DNA of 36,309 nucleotides, the filler included, from Atractiella rhizophila (taxonomy: Eukaryota): assembly GCA_021432655.1 (NCBI GenBank). It is 32 parts of 32 records of this genome, joined end to end, with 100 filler letters (N's around TTAATTAATTAA, not from the genome) between each part and the next. Parts side by side here need not be neighbours in the genome. Positions count along the whole stretch, not along the records: positions 34,210 to 35,209 come from MU273176.1; positions 35,310 to 36,309 come from MU273177.1; 30 more parts are not named here. One strand, written 5' to 3'. The position numbers were made by a program, and so were the translations under genes. Within the stretch, counting starts at the first letter, position 1. Each line of letters begins with the position of its first letter. Shown here one piece after another: positions 34,278 to 36,309 of this stretch. The notes under the pieces are model-generated. The model was not told the origin of the DNA, did no database searches, and saw only the letters and a list, made by a program, of their open reading frames with translations.

Positions 34278-35209
34278 TCACAGGATTTGCACTGAATCAT
34301 TCCTCAACCAATCCTTTGATATCCCCTCGAGGTGATCATCAAAGTCTGAGAGCTTCTCATGTTCTTTACGCTTCACTAACGACTTGTAATGTTCGGCTGT
34401 GCAAGCGGAGGGATCCGCGAGAGTGACGATGGATGAAAAAATTCGGGGTTCAAAGGCGTTGCTTCCAGCAGGAAGGTATGGCTGGTGATGTCATTAGAGA
34501 AAGCTCGAGCTAAGTATGGAGGATGCTCACGATGAACGGGGTATCATCAACTGCGATGTTTGTGTTGTCAACCTATAAAAAACTCGTCAGCTGGCACCTC
34601 GATTACGTTGATGTTGGTAACGTAAAACAGAGGGTACAATGTGGTATTCTAAGATCACGTAGGGACGATAAATATTTCAAGAAAAAAAAGATAGTATACG
34701 CAAAGATTCTTCTGACAGATGTATCTCATGATAACCGTGTTTTGAGAATGAGCAAAATTTCTGCTTTTAAATGGTCACAAAACAATTCGAAATGACGCAC
34801 CACAAGCACCAATCCTTTGCCTCCATTATTCTTCACAATCGCCAAGGCAGCCTGCTTCCCCGTCCCACTGATCGTATTCTCATCCATGCCCTTTCGAGCT
34901 TCATAAAAGCCCAGAATATCCCATCCCTTCGTCTTTACATACACCTCCGCCTATGCATTCCAACAACACCCAGCCACAGAAGAGATTAGTATTTATGCTA
35001 GCGGGAGAAGAAGAGCGTACGAGCTCAAGACCCGCCTCCATCATGGGAGAGAGCGCGGTCCAGTGGTGCAGGAGCGGAATGGCATCCACCACGTTGGTCG
35101 ATCCTGACGGTCCAAGGAGAAGACCGCAGATGTCGCTGTGAGCATACTTGGTGGCATGGAGGAGCACCTTGTGGTAGGCAACGGCGGAGAGGGAATAACC
35201 TGTTGACAT
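34278..35209 (-). CDS. EMC8: ER membrane complex subunit 8/9 (UPF0172), complete, 194 aa, copy 1
   Basis: AYHKVLLHATKY...GLLLG...VDAIPLLH..TALSPMMEAGL...DFDDHLE...DWLRN. Exons 35209-35021, 34950-34801, 34572-34531 and 34481-34278. Confidence 0.95.
34637..34765 (-). ncRNA. Candidate intronic box H/ACA snoRNA in EMC8/9 intron 2 (second copy at about 35736-35864)
   Basis: About 129 nt in a 228-nt intron. Layout: hairpin (AGCAGA/UCUGUY lower stem, UCUCA/UGAGA upper stem), H box AGAAGA (34713-34708), a weaker second hairpin, then ACA-NNN (34642-34640). Highly conserved between the two gene copies. Folded by eye only. Confidence 0.4.
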
Positions 35210-35377
35210 NNNNNNNNNNNNNNNNNNNNNNNNNNNNNNNNNNNNNNNNNNNNTTAATTAATTAANNNNNNNNNNNNNNNNNNNNNNNNNNNNNNNNNNN
35301 NNNNNNNNNGTCTCTTGTGTGGTAGTGAGTATGGGTGACTACTATGCAATGCAACATCATGTATCGCTATCATACTA

Positions 35378-36309
35378 TCACAGGATTTGCACTGAATCAT
35401 TCCTTAACCAATCCTTTGATATACCCTCGAGGTGATCATCAAAGTCCGAGAGCTTCTCATGTTCTTTTCGCTTCACTAACGACTTGTAATGTTCGGCTGT
35501 GCAAGAGGAGGGATCCGCGAGGGTGACAATGGAGGAAAAAATTCGGGGTTCAAAGGCGTTGCTTCCAGCGGGAAGATATGGCTGGTGATATCGTTAGAGA
35601 AAGCTCGATGTAAGTATGGAGGATGCTCACGATGAACGGGGTATCCTCAACTGCGATGTTTGTGTTGTCAACCTATAGAAAACAAGTCAGCTGGCACCAC
35701 GATTACGTTGATGTTGGTAACGTAAACAGAGGGTACAATGTGGTATTCTAAGATCACGTAGGGACGATAAATATTTCAAGAAAAAAAAGATAGTATACGC
35801 AAAGATTCTTCTAACAGATGTGTCTCATGAAAACCGTGTTTTGAGAATGAGCAAAATTTCTGCTTCTGGAGGGTCACAAAACAATTCGAAATGACGCACC
35901 ACAAGCACCAATCCTTTCCCACCATTATTCTTCACAATAGCCAAAGCAGCCTGCTTCCCCGTCCCACTGATTGTATTCTCATCCATGCCCTTTCGAGCTT
36001 CATAAAAGCCCAGAACATCCCATCCCTTCGTCTTTGCATACACCTCCGCCTGTGCATTCCAACAACATCCAACGACCAAAGAGATTAGTATTTATGCTAG
36101 CGGGGAGAAGAAGAGCGCACGAGCTCAAGACCCGCCTCCATCATGGGAGAGAGCGCGGTCCAATGGTGCAGGAGCGGAATGGCATCCACCACGTTGGTCG
36201 ATCCTGAAGGTCCTAGGAGAAGACCGCAGATGTCGCTGTGAGCATACTTGGTGGCATGGAGGAGCACCTTGTGGTAGGCAACGGCGGAGAGGGAATAACC
36301 TGTTGACAT
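35378..36309 (-). CDS. EMC8: ER membrane complex subunit 8/9 (UPF0172), complete, copy 2
   Basis: Same four-exon structure as 34278-35209. By manual count there are 21 coding differences, of which 4 change the amino acid. Confidence 0.95.

Noticed and set aside
34637..34735. TPP riboswitch in EMC8/9 intron 2 (minus-strand TGAGAT...TGATCT...AATACCA)
   Set aside because: The P5 stem cannot pair, the following GCG...GG is missing, and the host is not a thiamine gene.
1072..35309. Regularly spaced TTAATTAATTAA units as a CRISPR-like or biological repeat array, and ORFs ending in X-runs or LIN
   Set aside because: Each unit is flanked by exactly 44 N on both sides and stops all six frames. It is an artificial linker, and ORFs touching it are artefacts.

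Overview
This window is not contiguous DNA. It is 32 short contigs (1071 down to 1000 bp, sorted by decreasing length) joined by 31 identical artificial 100-nt spacers (44 N, TTAATTAATTAA, 44 N), which looks like the small-contig tail of a fungal assembly. Short GT-AG introns (mostly 45-70 nt), a DUF6533 protein, a KDZ transposase and a Zn2Cys6 factor point to a basidiomycete, possibly Pucciniomycotina (inference). Recognisable host genes, mostly partial: ADE1 head-to-head with a QTRT2-like TGT subunit, eIF3b/PRT1, the TRA1 C-terminus tail-to-tail with a TMA17/ADC17-like gene, a Zn2Cys6 factor, a DUF6533 membrane protein, a CUE-domain protein, a putative GPI-anchored protein and two complete, diverged copies of EMC8/9. 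Decayed transposon pieces include Helitron Rep, KDZ, CACTA/Tnp2, Ty3/Gypsy pol, hAT, an integrase-core DDE transposase and several terminus-like repeat arrays. Two contig pairs (15/22 and 31/32) look like uncollapsed haplotypes or paralogues. I found no convincing new multi-gene system, and adjacency across spacers carries no meaning. The best novel candidate is a conserved H/ACA-snoRNA-like element in the unusually long intron 2 of EMC8/9. Family assignments come from manual translation and remembered motifs, not database searches.
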